In this document: positions 42,351 through 52,126 of the stretch, piece after piece
How positions within the stretch are numbered: position 1 is the stretch's first letter
How the letters are laid out: each line of letters begins with the position of its first letter
Origin: a virus
Lineage: Duplodnaviria > Caudoviricetes
Length of the DNA stretch: 64,000 nt
Virus record (IMG/VR): IMGVR_UViG_3300028591_000070
Location: 288,001-352,000 of that record
Reading direction: 5' to 3' (one strand)
Position numbers and translations under genes: made by a program
Notes under the pieces: model-generated
Told to the model about the DNA's origin: nothing
Database searches by the model: none
What the model saw: only the letters and a program-made list of their open reading frames with translations

Positions 42351-42872
42351 TCATACATTAAAAACTATATTCCTTGGGTCTGATTTATAACTATTTTCAC
42401 TAATAGACTTATCAATCCGCTGCCATAGAAGAGCATAAAACTCAAAATCAACTGAAGTGTGATGTTCTTTACCTAATTTAAAAGCTTGATTATATAAGTC
42501 TTTTACTTCATTAAAATATTTTATATGCTCTTCTTTTTCGCATTTAGCATCATATAAATCTCTTGCTCTTTCAATTTGACCATCTGTTAAAAACATATAA
42601 ATATTATCATGATCCAACTCTTCATAAAGTTCAATTAATAAGTCATCAGAGTTTTCTTTTGCCAAATCTTCTTGAATATGCTTATGAGCACAATCTTCAC
42701 AATATGCATTATATCTTTCAGGTATACGAGAACAAAATAAGCCATGTTCTTTTCCACAATCTGGGCATGTAGGCCTTTTAAAAGTAATTACATCATCAGA
42801 CTTACTACCCAATAATTCATCAATATCTTTGTTTGGATCATAAATTGGTATACCAAATGTCTTTTCTTCCAT
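42351..42872 (-). CDS. zinc-ribbon hypothetical protein
   Basis: CPDC...CEDC. Confidence 0.6.
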   Translation of the reverse strand: MEEKTFGIPIYDPNKDIDELLGSKSDDVITFKRPTCPDCGKEHGLFCSRIPERYNAYCEDCAHKHIQEDLAKENSDDLLIELYEELDHDNIYMFLTDGQIERARDLYDAKCEKEEHIKYFNEVKDLYNQAFKLGKEHHTSVDFEFYALLWQRIDKSISENSYKSDPRNIVFNV

Positions 42873-42941
42873 AAAATAAATATTAACTTCTAAATAAAAA
42901 AGGTGAGCAAAAGCCCACCTTCTATAAAGTTTTACTAAAAA

Positions 42942-43789
42942 TTATTTCAACAAAGCCAAAACATTCTGAGACTGAGAATTTGCTTGTGAAAGAATAGCTG
43001 TAGCAGCAGAAGATAAAATCTGATTCTTAGTGTGTGAAACAATAGCTTCTGCCATATCAGTATCACGAATACGCGACTCGGCACTTTGAGTATTTTCAGC
43101 AGCAACATTGATACCTTTCTGAGCCATTTCCATTCTGTTCTGGTAAGCACCTAAATCAGCGCGTTGTTTATTTACATTCTTAAGAGCAGCATCCAAAGTT
43201 GCAATAGTAATATTTGCTTCATCTGGAGAATTAATAGAAATTCTCTCATCTGTTCCCTGAATACCTGTAAGTCCCAACGCCTGAGAAGTCATTGTACCAA
43301 TATAAGCACGGATATTTTGGTCTGCATTTGCTCCAATCTGGAACTGCATAACTGTGTCAGACTCTTTTGCAAATCTTCCAGTTAAAAGGTTCATTCCATT
43401 AAACTGAGCAGAAGAAGCAATTCTATCAACTTCAGCTACAAGCTGAGACACTTCGACCTGGATTTGCATGCGATCTTCATCTGAGTAAACACCATTTGAA
43501 GCCTGAACTGCCAATTCACGAATTCTCTGAAGAACATCTGTAGTTTCCTGTAAATATCCTTCTGCCACATTTGTAAATGAAATTGCGTCTCCAATATTTC
43601 TAGATGCCTGATTAAGGCCTCTAATCTGTGAGCGCATTTTTTCTGAAATTGAAAGTCCTATGCATCATCACCTGCTCTATTAATCTTTTCTCCAGAAGCA
43701 AGTTTTTCCATCGATTTCTGAAGAGCCTGAGCATTAATTCCTTCCTGGCGACTAGCAAAAAGACTAGACATGCTGTGGTTTATCACCAT
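42942..43789 (-). pseudogene. flaB: spirochete-type flagellin with a single-base frameshift near codon 44
   Basis: AAGGAGG SD then MVINHSMS...[10 protein letters not shown], continuing in another frame as [15 protein letters not shown]...[13 protein letters not shown]...[10 protein letters not shown]...ESRIRDTD; GCA-TA-GGA at 43659-43660 lacks one base. Confidence 0.92.
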
Positions 43790-44006
43790 AATAAAATCCT
43801 CCTTGATTTAACATCCACATCTGGATTCAAATCCTACATAAGTTTTTCTAATCTTGGCTTTCTGTTCCTCATTTACAGTAAATATTCCAATTATTTCCAT
43901 ATTCTTACCATAAATGCGCAAACAATCTTTTCCAAAGAAAACATAACAACTGCAATTTTTCATCAATTCTGCTATTTCTTCTTCCATTATGTAGGACTTC
44001 CTTTGT

Positions 44007-44381
44007 TTATTTCTTTACAATTTTTTCTGACTCTTCTACAATCTTATCAGCAATTTCTTCTGCCAAAGACTCTGGGTCAACAGCAGCTTTTTTAGTAAGA
44101 GCAGCCTTAACAGCCTTAAATGTCTGGAATAATAGAGTATAAGAAGTCTGTGTAAGAGCAACTACTCCACCTGCAAAAATGATACGAGTTACAATAGAAA
44201 CTGTCGCACCAAAAATTTCAGGAGCAAGGAATGTTGTTCCAAATCCTGCTGCAGCGCCAATAACAGCTGCAATAGCTGCCATTGCAACACTGTTTTCCTT
44301 TACTTTAGCTGGAAGAAGGTTCTTAAGCCATTCTGTGATACCAGCTACACATACTGCTACAATAAATGCAATCTTAAACAT
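44007..44381 (-). CDS. putative holin
   Basis: 124 aa, three hydrophobic segments, ITEWLK motif, charged C-tail. Confidence 0.55.
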   Translation of the reverse strand: MFKIAFIVAVCVAGITEWLKNLLPAKVKENSVAMAAIAAVIGAAAGFGTTFLAPEIFGATVSIVTRIIFAGGVVALTQTSYTLLFQTFKAVKAALTKKAAVDPESLAEEIADKIVEESEKIVKK

Positions 44382-44937
44382 ATATTTTTCTCCTTTTAAA
44401 ATTTAGTTCTTTTTATTTTTTACAGTCTTTCTATAATAATTTTCTTTATCATTCAAAGATAGCCCGAACTCATAACCACCTTTCAAATTACCTAAAGCGC
44501 GAGTTTTACTTTTAATACCGGCTACATCAAAATTATCAATAAGATAATCTAAAACTTGTCTCTCAACAGCCTCTAGATAGTCTTTATGAAACTCAGAAAA
44601 CTGTGAGTTTGGATATATGATTGTTGGATAATAATCCTTAAATAAACCTTTTTTAGTGACAATAATGGCATCACTACCATCAGAGTGTCTTATTCGAATC
44701 ACTCCCCAAATCTTTTCACCAAAAGTGTTTACCCATTTATCAGTTCTAAAAAGAATTCGATCTTCTTTAAGTTTAATGTCAACAATCTCACCACTAGATA
44801 AATGAACATGATCTTCTGGAGCCCATGTAGGTTTTACTGGTGTTCCAAAAATAAATTCATGGTCTTTATCTACATCTAAAGATGCTCGATAGATAATATC
44901 AGTTGCATTGTTAATACATTTTTGAATTTCTATAAGT

Positions 44938-45609
44938 TTATTTATCCGTTCTTTTATCATCATTAACTCCACATAATTTATAATAATCTGTCCATATAGT
45001 ATTTGTGTCTATTGGCTTAAGGCCATCATAATTTTTTGGGTCAATATATTTAAACCAACTTTGTCTTGGATTACCATCTTTTCCAAAAAACTTATTATTT
45101 GTTGACTCAGCATTTTCACAAATACTTCTTGCATCATATGTCCAGGTTGAAAGATTTTTATAATTTCCATCTTCATATTGTCTAATAACTTGATAATTAG
45201 ACTCATATAATTTTTTCTGGTCCTTATAATCATCTACCACAAACATAGTACATACTATACCAGCTAATAAAAATAATGTACTTATTACAAGACAAAATTC
45301 ATATACTCCATTATAAGAATCTATCCATAAATCATCTTGTATAAAGCTCAATGTCTTTTGTAATTTACTATTATAAAAAATAAAATTATACCTCTCATAA
45401 TATTCATTAAATGCTTCCTTTGGAAGGTCATGTTTATTATGGACACCATATTGTTTAAATAATTGACTTTGATATTTTTCAAAAATAGTTTCTCTATGTG
45501 ATTGTATACCAGCCAAAATAAAATATATAATGTCTTTTAACAAAATTAAAACAAAAGGAATATAAAGCAAAAAACTTTTCAATAAGTTTATAATAATTAA
45601 ATTATTCAT
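44938..45609 (-). CDS. hypothetical membrane protein
   Basis: two TM segments; GAGG SD. Confidence 0.6.
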   Translation of the reverse strand: MNNLIIINLLKSFLLYIPFVLILLKDIIYFILAGIQSHRETIFEKYQSQLFKQYGVHNKHDLPKEAFNEYYERYNFIFYNSKLQKTLSFIQDDLWIDSYNGVYEFCLVISTLFLLAGIVCTMFVVDDYKDQKKLYESNYQVIRQYEDGNYKNLSTWTYDARSICENAESTNNKFFGKDGNPRQSWFKYIDPKNYDGLKPIDTNTIWTDYYKLCGVNDDKRTDK

Positions 45610-45647
45610 TAAATCACCTCAATTTTAAATATTAACACTTTTACAGG

Positions 45648-45653
45648 TATAAT
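45648..45653 (+). promoter_or_regulatory. sigma70-like -10 (TATAAT) heading the paralogue array; leaderless start
   Basis: GGTATAATCTATAT-ATG, 6 nt from hexamer to ATG, no SD. Confidence 0.6.
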
Positions 45654-45659
45654 CTATAT

Positions 45660-48304
45660 ATGTTAGGATTGTTTAAACATAAAGTTATTGAAGAGGAATG
45701 CGAGCCCTTAATGACATTAGAGGAATTTCAGGCAGTACGCAGAAAAGAAAATGACTTTCTCAATCCAGCAGCGCTTGAGGTTATGAAAGAAACATATGGT
45801 TCTATTAAACTAACCAGAAAAGAATGGGACGAGTTATGGGACAGCTGTGCTTTTGTTCTTTATCTTGAGCGTCTTAAAAAATTAGATTTCAGGAATAGAA
45901 ATGAATGATGAATTGATAGATGTTGAAGATTATGAAAAAACTCTCACTTGGAATTACTATAATGTAAGTGCTTTTAATAAGTTTAAAGAAATATATAAAG
46001 ATATTAAACTTGTTAAAGAAGAATGGCAAAAATTATGGGAATCAGTAGGTTTAGGCTTTGTTATAGAATCTATTAAAGGTTTAATGGAAGAAAAATATGA
46101 AACAAACAGCAATCATATCTATTGACCAGTTTAAAGATTATGCTACACATAAGTTTTTCTTCAGTGAAAGAGCATTTTCTAAGTTTAAAGAAACATATAA
46201 AGATGGTGAGCTCACACTAGAAGAATGGGACTCATTGTGGGAAGAAGTTGGTCCTACTTATGCATTAGATTCTCTTAGGGAGATTTTTGATGAATAATGA
46301 AATAACATATACTGAGATAGAACTTACTCATAATAAAGCAATTTTATTAAAAGACTTTCTAGAAGAATATGAACAGAAATATGTGAGGTCTTGGAGAATT
46401 CCTGAAAAGTTTAGAGCTCTTTATTCAAAATGCACGCTAACCTATGATGAATGGGTCAAATTATTTATTATGTGGATTCCAGGAGAGATTCAAATATGAG
46501 TACTTGTATAAAGCATATTATCCCAATAGAAGAATTTAATAATAAATTGTTATCTCTTGATGATTTTGCAAAAGTTCTCAGAGAAGGACTTCCTGGAGAA
46601 TATGTATATTATATTCCTGAGTTTGTTGAGACAGCCTATAATAAACAAAAGTTTACTTTAGATGAATGGATTGATTTGATAAATGGTGTTATGTCAATAG
46701 AACCAGCTGAAAGAGCTTTAATAACATATCGCATTATTACAAAGGAAAAGCCTTATGACGCACATTTGTAAAAAACGAGATAAATGTCTTGCTTATCCAG
46801 ACATATGTCAAGGATGTTTAGAAGCAGAAGTTAATGAACTCTTAAGCTTTGAAGATTTTGAAGAAACTTGCACAAATATTCCATGGGGATTTGCTGATAT
46901 TTATAGAGGATGTTTATTAAAATTTGAAGAATGGCTGGAATTAAAGGTTAATTACGACTCTTTAGATGACAATGCAAGATTTGGTTTAATAGCTAAAGCT
47001 AAGGTGGATAAATTTTGCAACTAAAAGAAAAACTCAACTATGGAGAATTTAAAGAACTTTATAATAAAGAGCACCATCTAATACCTACTGGATTTAGATA
47101 TTACAAAGATTCAGTTCTAACATATCAGGAGTGGGTGGACTTAATAGATATTTTCCTGGATTTAAAAGACACAGAAAGGTATGAAATTATAGATGCAGCT
47201 AAAAAAGCTTTAGCTGAGGAGACACTTTATGGAGTATGGAGCAAGTATTGAAATAACAGCTAAAACGCCAATAAACTTTGTGACCTTTATGAATAAATTT
47301 GGAAAAGGATTACAACTTCCAAATGGATTTTCTGAAGTTTATATAACAAGTGACAGTGAATTGTCTGCTTTTGAATGGCATACACTCATACAGTCCTATA
47401 TGGACTCATATAATGAAAATAAATTTATGGATGAATAAAGATGTTTAGATTTAAGACTAGAAATAAAATATTATCTATGGCTGATCTTTCTCTCAAATAC
47501 CCAAAGGTTTATCAAAACGTACCTTTAGGATTTCTTACAATATATAGAGACGAAGAGCTAACAATTGAAGAGTGGCTCAATTTAATAGCGGCATTTAGTT
47601 TATTAGATGTGAATGAAAAAATTAAAATGTCTGGAGAAGTATATGCAAAAAGACAGTTGGAAAATGCTTAAACAAAAAATGGCCAAACTATATTCTCTAG
47701 AAGATTTTATGACAAGATTTCCTTATACTATATCTACTATTATAAATAGTGATGCTTTTATAGAAATTTATAAAGACACTAAACTGACATTTGATGAATG
47801 GCATGAACTTTGTCACACTTTTGAGGAGGCTTTTTAAAATGAGTGAATTCATGTGGCCACCAGAAAATATAAATATATCTATCTACGAAAATATTAGTGA
47901 AGAACCGATATCTATTCAAGATTTTGCTGGTCAACTTCCTACTAAGCATGTTATTCCAGCATTAGCTTTTCTCATTTATAGAAAACAGAAACTCTCATAT
48001 CGTGAATGGGTGGACTTAATTCTTGGACTTAAAAAAATTGATAAACAAGAACAAATAGCCATGGAATCAAATTATATTGCTACTCATAAAGAGGAACTTG
48101 CAGATGAAGCTCTTGACTTATCTTGAATTTAAACAAGAATGGAGTCCTAATGAAATTCCATGGGGATTTTCGACAGTATATGCTAATTCTAGCATAAAGT
48201 TAGAATTTTATGAATGGGTAGATTTAATGGTCGCATTTAATCAGTTAGATTCTGATTCTAAACTAGATGCAGCAATTTTTTCTATAAAAGAAGAAAACAA
48301 GTGA
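45660..48304 (+). other. tandem array of 12 small paralogous CDS (starts 45660, 45901, 46097, 46287, 46496, 46755, 47015, 47229, 47441, 47664, 47839, 48104)
   Basis: each 57-95 aa with a core of L-x3-[ED]F ... Y-x4-6-[LF]-x3-EW-x2-L; overlapping or abutting. Confidence 0.9.
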
Positions 48305-48569
48305 TATAATTAGATATGACTTTTAAGATCCTTAAATGTTTTATATTCCATCAATTCATTTACTTTTTCTACAGCTTCTTCTAAAGTTTTATAATAAGTC
48401 ATAGGCAAACTTTCTCCACCAGTACCTTCACTTAAAGTAAGAGCCCATCTTAATAAAAGTCCATTTCCTACAAAAGTAGGTTTAATAATTGCAACCCATC
48501 CAAAATAAGTTGCAATTATTTCATTATCTCTAGTATACCATCTATCTCCTGTAAAATTTGCCATATTTT

Positions 48570-49361
48570 CTAAAAAGTAATTGTAAATATAAATCCAACT
48601 CCACCTGCAATAGTAGAAGTTGCGCCAACACCTATTAAAAGATTTTGGATATTTTTCTGCTCATCTGTCCAAATAGGTAAACAACCTAAAATCAAAGTTG
48701 GAATGCCAATGCCTAATTCAACATAAGAAGCATATCTAACTCTCTGTTTTACTCTAAGAGCTGCATTCAATTCTTCTTGAGCTTTTTTAGCTAAATTTTC
48801 ATTTATCTCAAGCTGAGTCCTTAAAAGAGTGGTATCTTCTAAAGCTTTATTCCATTCATCTAGAGCTAATGATAAATCCTCGCTTTGGCTTTTAATTATT
48901 TTCTCCGTTATTTGACTGAGTTTGTTCATATGTTCGAACAATTGACTCATATAATTCTGCACGTTGTATAGCCAGTTCGATCGCAAAGTCTGCTGCATCG
49001 AAATATCCTGATACATTTCTGCGAAGCTCTTCATTGAATTTTTCATCGCTCTCAATTGATTGCTTAATGGCATCTGTGCATAATTGTCCGACTTCACTAG
49101 ATCTTCGTAATGTTCCAATTCCTTCCAATATGGCTTGTTCATATCCATTTGCGGATTTGAGCGCACTTCCTCCAAGATTAAGTTCATTAGCGAGTTTATC
49201 TGCTGTTTCTCTGCTAAGAACGACTCCGTCGACAAGCTGTTCGCTAGTTCCTGAAACTCCTCTAAATCTGATAAATCTTCCTGCGCAGAAAGAGGCAAAA
49301 CACAAAATAGCAACAATACCGAGCTTAATAAAAAACTTTTTATCGATTTTAATTTCCACAT
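48570..49361 (-). CDS. secreted coiled-coil protein with hydrophobic C-terminus (spanin-like, outer component candidate)
   Basis: signal peptide PLSA|QED, helical middle, two C-terminal hydrophobic segments ending FIFTITF. Confidence 0.65.
   Translation of the reverse strand: MWKLKSIKSFLLSSVLLLFCVLPLSAQEDLSDLEEFQELANSLSTESFLAEKQQINSLMNLILEEVRSNPQMDMNKPYWKELEHYEDLVKSDNYAQMPLSNQLRAMKNSMKSFAEMYQDISMQQTLRSNWLYNVQNYMSQLFEHMNKLSQITEKIIKSQSEDLSLALDEWNKALEDTTLLRTQLEINENLAKKAQEELNAALRVKQRVRYASYVELGIGIPTLILGCLPIWTDEQKNIQNLLIGVGATSTIAGGVGFIFTITF
48892..49359 (-). CDS. signal-anchored helical protein nested out of frame (i-spanin-like)
   Basis: 155 codons open from GTG 49359; KKFFIKLGIVAILCFASFCAGR anchor then helical domain. 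Confidence 0.6.
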   Translation of the reverse strand: MEIKIDKKFFIKLGIVAILCFASFCAGRFIRFRGVSGTSEQLVDGVVLSRETADKLANELNLGGSALKSANGYEQAILEGIGTLRRSSEVGQLCTDAIKQSIESDEKFNEELRRNVSGYFDAADFAIELAIQRAELYESIVRTYEQTQSNNGENN

Positions 49362-49372
49362 TATAAATCTCC

Positions 49373-50440
49373 TTAATCTTCAATTTCCCAGAAATCAGTG
49401 TTCTCTAAAATAAAGCCACATTTAGGGCATTCATGAGTTCCATCTTCCAACTCATCTTCATCAGTAAGCATTAATCCACATTCTGGGCATTTGCCTACTG
49501 GTCTGTGAGTTGTATCATTGAAGAGGTTATTGATATAATTTGTAAATTCTTCTTTATCACTTTCTACAGACTCATGGATATAATCACTATCATAATCTAC
49601 TGAATGGTCTATTTCAAGGAAATTACAAACATACTTTTTATATCCTTCTTTCCAAGAATCAAAAAGCAAATCACCACCATCTTCAAAAATTTCATTAAAG
49701 ATTGGTCTCATTTCTTCATCTTTGCAAAGAATGTCATCATCATCTTTAACAGTATCAGATGCATAGTTATACCCACTTTCATAAGCTTGGTCCATAAGAA
49801 TATCTAAATCATTATGGCTTTCTCGAATAATTCTATCAAAAATAATATTTGCAGACTCTAATGCTGGATTCTTTTCACTCATACCTTCAATCGCTCCTTG
49901 TACTGCGGCACTAGGCTGTTTTGGTTTACTACCCATGCCATTATCTATTTGATTCTGCTTATTTGCAGAGTTTGTTCCTGTTTGTGGATTATTTAATGAA
50001 TAAGCCGCTTCAACTACAGTTGGATTCTTCCAGAAAACCTGTAAGCCTATATCTTTCTCATTTTTCTTAAGAGCTTCAATTAAAATAACTTCATCTTGTG
50101 TAGGTTTTCTTAATTTATTTGTATTTAATCCAGTTTTAACCACTTTAGACCAATCATCAATCCTCCAATTCTGTGCATTTAAGGCATCAAATAAATGTAA
50201 TGTTATACCTCTATTAGCTCCTTGAGTTGTAAAGTTTGCAGTTAGATAACATTCTTGTTTAGGATTTGAGCCATTTACATACGTTGCCTTTAATACTAAA
50301 AACTTACAAGCTATACTATTAAAACGAATACCCTGAAGATAAAGTCCTTCTTTTGTTCTTAAAGTAGCATTTACATCAAGTCCAATAGGTTGTTGAGGCT
50401 GATTTGTCTGTGGCTGTTGTTGATTTATTGGTTGTGCCAT
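49373..50440 (-). CDS. probable virion-internal protein, Gln-rich N-terminus, C-terminal zinc ribbon
   Basis: QQQPQ repeats, ESANIIFDRIIRES, CPEC...CPKC. Confidence 0.55.
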   Translation of the reverse strand: MAQPINQQQPQTNQPQQPIGLDVNATLRTKEGLYLQGIRFNSIACKFLVLKATYVNGSNPKQECYLTANFTTQGANRGITLHLFDALNAQNWRIDDWSKVVKTGLNTNKLRKPTQDEVILIEALKKNEKDIGLQVFWKNPTVVEAAYSLNNPQTGTNSANKQNQIDNGMGSKPKQPSAAVQGAIEGMSEKNPALESANIIFDRIIRESHNDLDILMDQAYESGYNYASDTVKDDDDILCKDEEMRPIFNEIFEDGGDLLFDSWKEGYKKYVCNFLEIDHSVDYDSDYIHESVESDKEEFTNYINNLFNDTTHRPVGKCPECGLMLTDEDELEDGTHECPKCGFILENTDFWEIED

Positions 50441-50443
50441 TTA

Positions 50444-51775
50444 TTATTCTCCCCATTCAATAAAATCATTAATATTTCCTGCACATTTTTTTAGTGTAGA
50501 AGAATATTTACTATTAAAGAATTGCTTAAAGAAGTTGTCTCCTTCTTTATCTTCCTTTTCTTTATTTAGTTCTTCAAGACCTTTCTGTATGATATTAGCA
50601 ACAAATCCATAGCCAGATAATTGTGCTACACCCTTAAAGGCAGCACCAAAGAATGTACCCCATTGTTTAGTAATCTCATCTTTTATGCCTTTACAAATAT
50701 TTCCAGCTTTTTTAGCAATTCCATCTTTCTGTAAAACTCTATTTTTACAAGCTTTAATATCTGTAAATACCGCAGTAATATACTGCTGTGCGGCTTTATT
50801 TCCTTTTATTTCTTCCCAAGTCCAATGACTATTTGGATTTGCTGCCTCTCCATCTTCTACTGGTTGCTGTTCTTGTTGTCCAGGCTTATATCCAGAATCA
50901 ATATATTTACAAATGTCATTATAAATCTGAACTCCATAATTTAAGGCCGCACCATTATCAGGAAGATCAGGTTTAATCTCAACTCTAATATTGCTTATTA
51001 TATTTCCATTGACATCTTTTGAAGCACCACCTCTTTCTTGTAAAATCTGTGCTAAATTTTGGAAGTCTTTTGCTACAAGACTATTACAATGGATATAAAT
51101 AGGTTCGGACCAATTGATGTTTATTTTAGCATTAGTAAGTTGTCCATTTTCTTCATCTTCTCTTAAAATAGACTCTTGAACTGGAGCAGGAGTTGATGAA
51201 CCTTCACCATTCTGATTTGAATAACTCTCTAATAAAGTTAGAGCTAACGACTCAGGTGAAGTAATAACATCATCATTGTGCTGACTACCTTTAAGCACAT
51301 TAGACTTACAAGATTTATGATGTCCGAATTGAGAAACGCTAGACATTCCCCACATGCCAGACTCACCATTGTTAGGACAATATGTAAAAATTCTAGAAGA
51401 TGAAATCTTATATTGATTCATAATAGCTTCTGCAGCTTCTGCTTCTTTTGTTCCTAGACCTGGTAAGAATGGATTTGCTGGCCAAATAATTAAATGGTTT
51501 GTTTCATTTGAGACATTATTAGTTTCACCTTCGGCATTTAATTCTTGAATGGCTTGGTCAATATTGAAAGTGTTTATAATAATATTAGCTGCAATAGCAT
51601 TTTGTATCTCAGCATTTAAGGCATTTTTATTAGTTTCATTTGTAAGCCAATTCAATGCAGCACTTTTCTTTTCTTCATCAGTTGCATTTAATAAAAGATT
51701 ATATAATTCCTTCATCTTAGGATATTGCTGAATATCTTCTTTTAAGAGAACTTTAAGAGTTTTGTCCGTTAGCAT
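50444..51775 (-). CDS. hypothetical protein, probable virion-internal
   Basis: LKVLLKE N-terminus and internal ESILRE. Confidence 0.55.
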   Translation of the reverse strand: MLTDKTLKVLLKEDIQQYPKMKELYNLLLNATDEEKKSAALNWLTNETNKNALNAEIQNAIAANIIINTFNIDQAIQELNAEGETNNVSNETNHLIIWPANPFLPGLGTKEAEAAEAIMNQYKISSSRIFTYCPNNGESGMWGMSSVSQFGHHKSCKSNVLKGSQHNDDVITSPESLALTLLESYSNQNGEGSSTPAPVQESILREDEENGQLTNAKININWSEPIYIHCNSLVAKDFQNLAQILQERGGASKDVNGNIISNIRVEIKPDLPDNGAALNYGVQIYNDICKYIDSGYKPGQQEQQPVEDGEAANPNSHWTWEEIKGNKAAQQYITAVFTDIKACKNRVLQKDGIAKKAGNICKGIKDEITKQWGTFFGAAFKGVAQLSGYGFVANIIQKGLEELNKEKEDKEGDNFFKQFFNSKYSSTLKKCAGNINDFIEWGE

Positions 51776-52126
51776 TCTGTCCTCCTATAATTGATTCTTC
51801 TTTAATATATTTTTCCCAACCTATTTTTGTAAAAACATCTTTAATAAGATCTTTCTCATTAGTTGGCTCTGGATTTTTCTGTATCTCAGATTGTACATCC
51901 ATTGGCTGCTCAGGCTGTGTCTGGTCATTATCAGCAATAGCTTCTGCTTGAGCGCTCTCTTGAGGGTCTAATAATACAGAATTGATTTTAGTAACACCTA
52001 AAGTATTTATGGGATCATTTATGGGATCATTTTGCTGTTGAGGCTGCTGATTTATGGGATCATTCATTCCTTCAATACCCCATAGTTGACCATCTTCTTT
52101 TAGGTATTTTAAATATCTATCATCCA
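51753..52126 (-). CDS. hypothetical Gln/Asn/Pro-rich protein
   Basis: MDDRYLKYLKE start; three NDPIN repeats. Confidence 0.55.

Noticed and set aside
42778-42805. KSDDVITF inside 42351-42872 resembles the KSDDVITW terminus of 19229-19519
   Set aside because: Internal, ends in F rather than W-stop, single instance; may be chance.
43658-43660. TAG recoding (genetic code 15) to explain the flaB stop
   Set aside because: Homology resumes in a different frame, so read-through would not restore it; long genes are intact in the standard code and several end in TAG.
45660-48304. CRISPR array or DGR variable repeats
   Set aside because: No nucleotide-level repeat-spacer pattern and no reverse transcriptase or template repeat seen; similarity is at the protein level only.
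51990-52070. Short DNA repeats (tttatgggatcatt x3)
   Set aside because: They encode the NDPIN peptide repeats within a low-complexity protein.
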